A stretch of DNA of 64,000 nt, taken from contig OZ240241.1 of NCBI GenBank assembly GCA_965198115.1, forward strand, positions 7,264,001 through 7,328,000. Direction: 5' to 3'. A model generated the notes under the pieces. It was not told the DNA's origin. It made no database searches and saw only the letters and a program-made list of their open reading frames with translations. The number at the start of each line of letters is the position of its first letter. Position 1 is the stretch's first letter. The DNA is from Candidatus Latescibacterota bacterium (GTDB lineage: Bacteria; Latescibacterota; UBA2968). The position numbers and the translations under genes are program-made. This document shows positions 63,778-64,000 of this stretch, in pieces.

Positions 63778-64000
63778 GTAGATTCTGCGATATCCGATTC
63801 TTCCGCTGAAAACGTGTCACCACATAGACTCATCACTCAATTCTTAAATCGTACCTTTGGAATGTCTCCTTAAGAAATTCATCATTCTTCCCCTTTCGGA
63901 TATTGACCCACTTAAGCGCCCTCCGTCCTGTACCGAAAACAGGGGGGAAGTCATCGTGCTTCGGTTCGAGCTTAAGGCAACGTGTGCCCTTAAGTCATGA

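Larger units (their letters stand above)
26965..64000. mobile_element. Decayed integrative island at tRNA-Val (right end not seen)
   Basis: Integrase immediately 3' of the tRNA, xis/repressor-like genes, compositional shift, dense IS and pseudogene content. Confidence 0.8.

Noticed and set aside
26940-64000. attR duplication of the tRNA-Val 3' end
   Set aside because: Not found by eye in the window; the island's right boundary cannot be set

Overview
The window has two parts. (1) Positions 1-25.4 kb are GC-rich, well-ordered core chromosome. It carries marR, a lipoprotein aspartyl protease, a frameshifted PcfJ-like gene, tdh, two PorV-like barrels, a site-2 protease, tgt-yajC-fmt, kdgK/eda/ROK kinase, an RluA synthase, a PASTA protein, rpe and ffh-rpsP-rimM-trmD-rplS, plus several small intergenic repeat families. 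The PorV-like genes suggest an FCB-superphylum bacterium, e.g. Latescibacterota-like; this is inference only. (2) From tRNA-Val(TAC) at 26888 to the window end lies a heavily decayed integrative island. It contains an integrase broken by ISL3, xis- and repressor-like genes, fragments of type I HsdR, DUF5131, HigBA and an S9 peptidase, and intact ABC permease, tyrosine recombinase, VapBC, Sel1 and OMP genes. It is densely populated with IS256, ISL3, IS3, IS21, IS30, IS1182 and IS1380 copies or remnants. Matching target-site duplications (TSDs) allow four insertions to be removed in silico. This reconstructs a lower-GC minus-strand operon: SAM methyltransferase -> small ORFs -> divergent seryl-tRNA synthetase (still intact) -> radical SAM, which is the best candidate for an undescribed system. 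Other notable points are an IS256 whose TSD is the first 8 nt of the tRNA, a perfect 11-6-11 dif-like site next to a lone tyrosine recombinase, a TGT lacking the canonical zinc ligands, and an alpha/beta hydrolase lacking its catalytic triad. All family assignments come from motif recognition by eye, not database searches.
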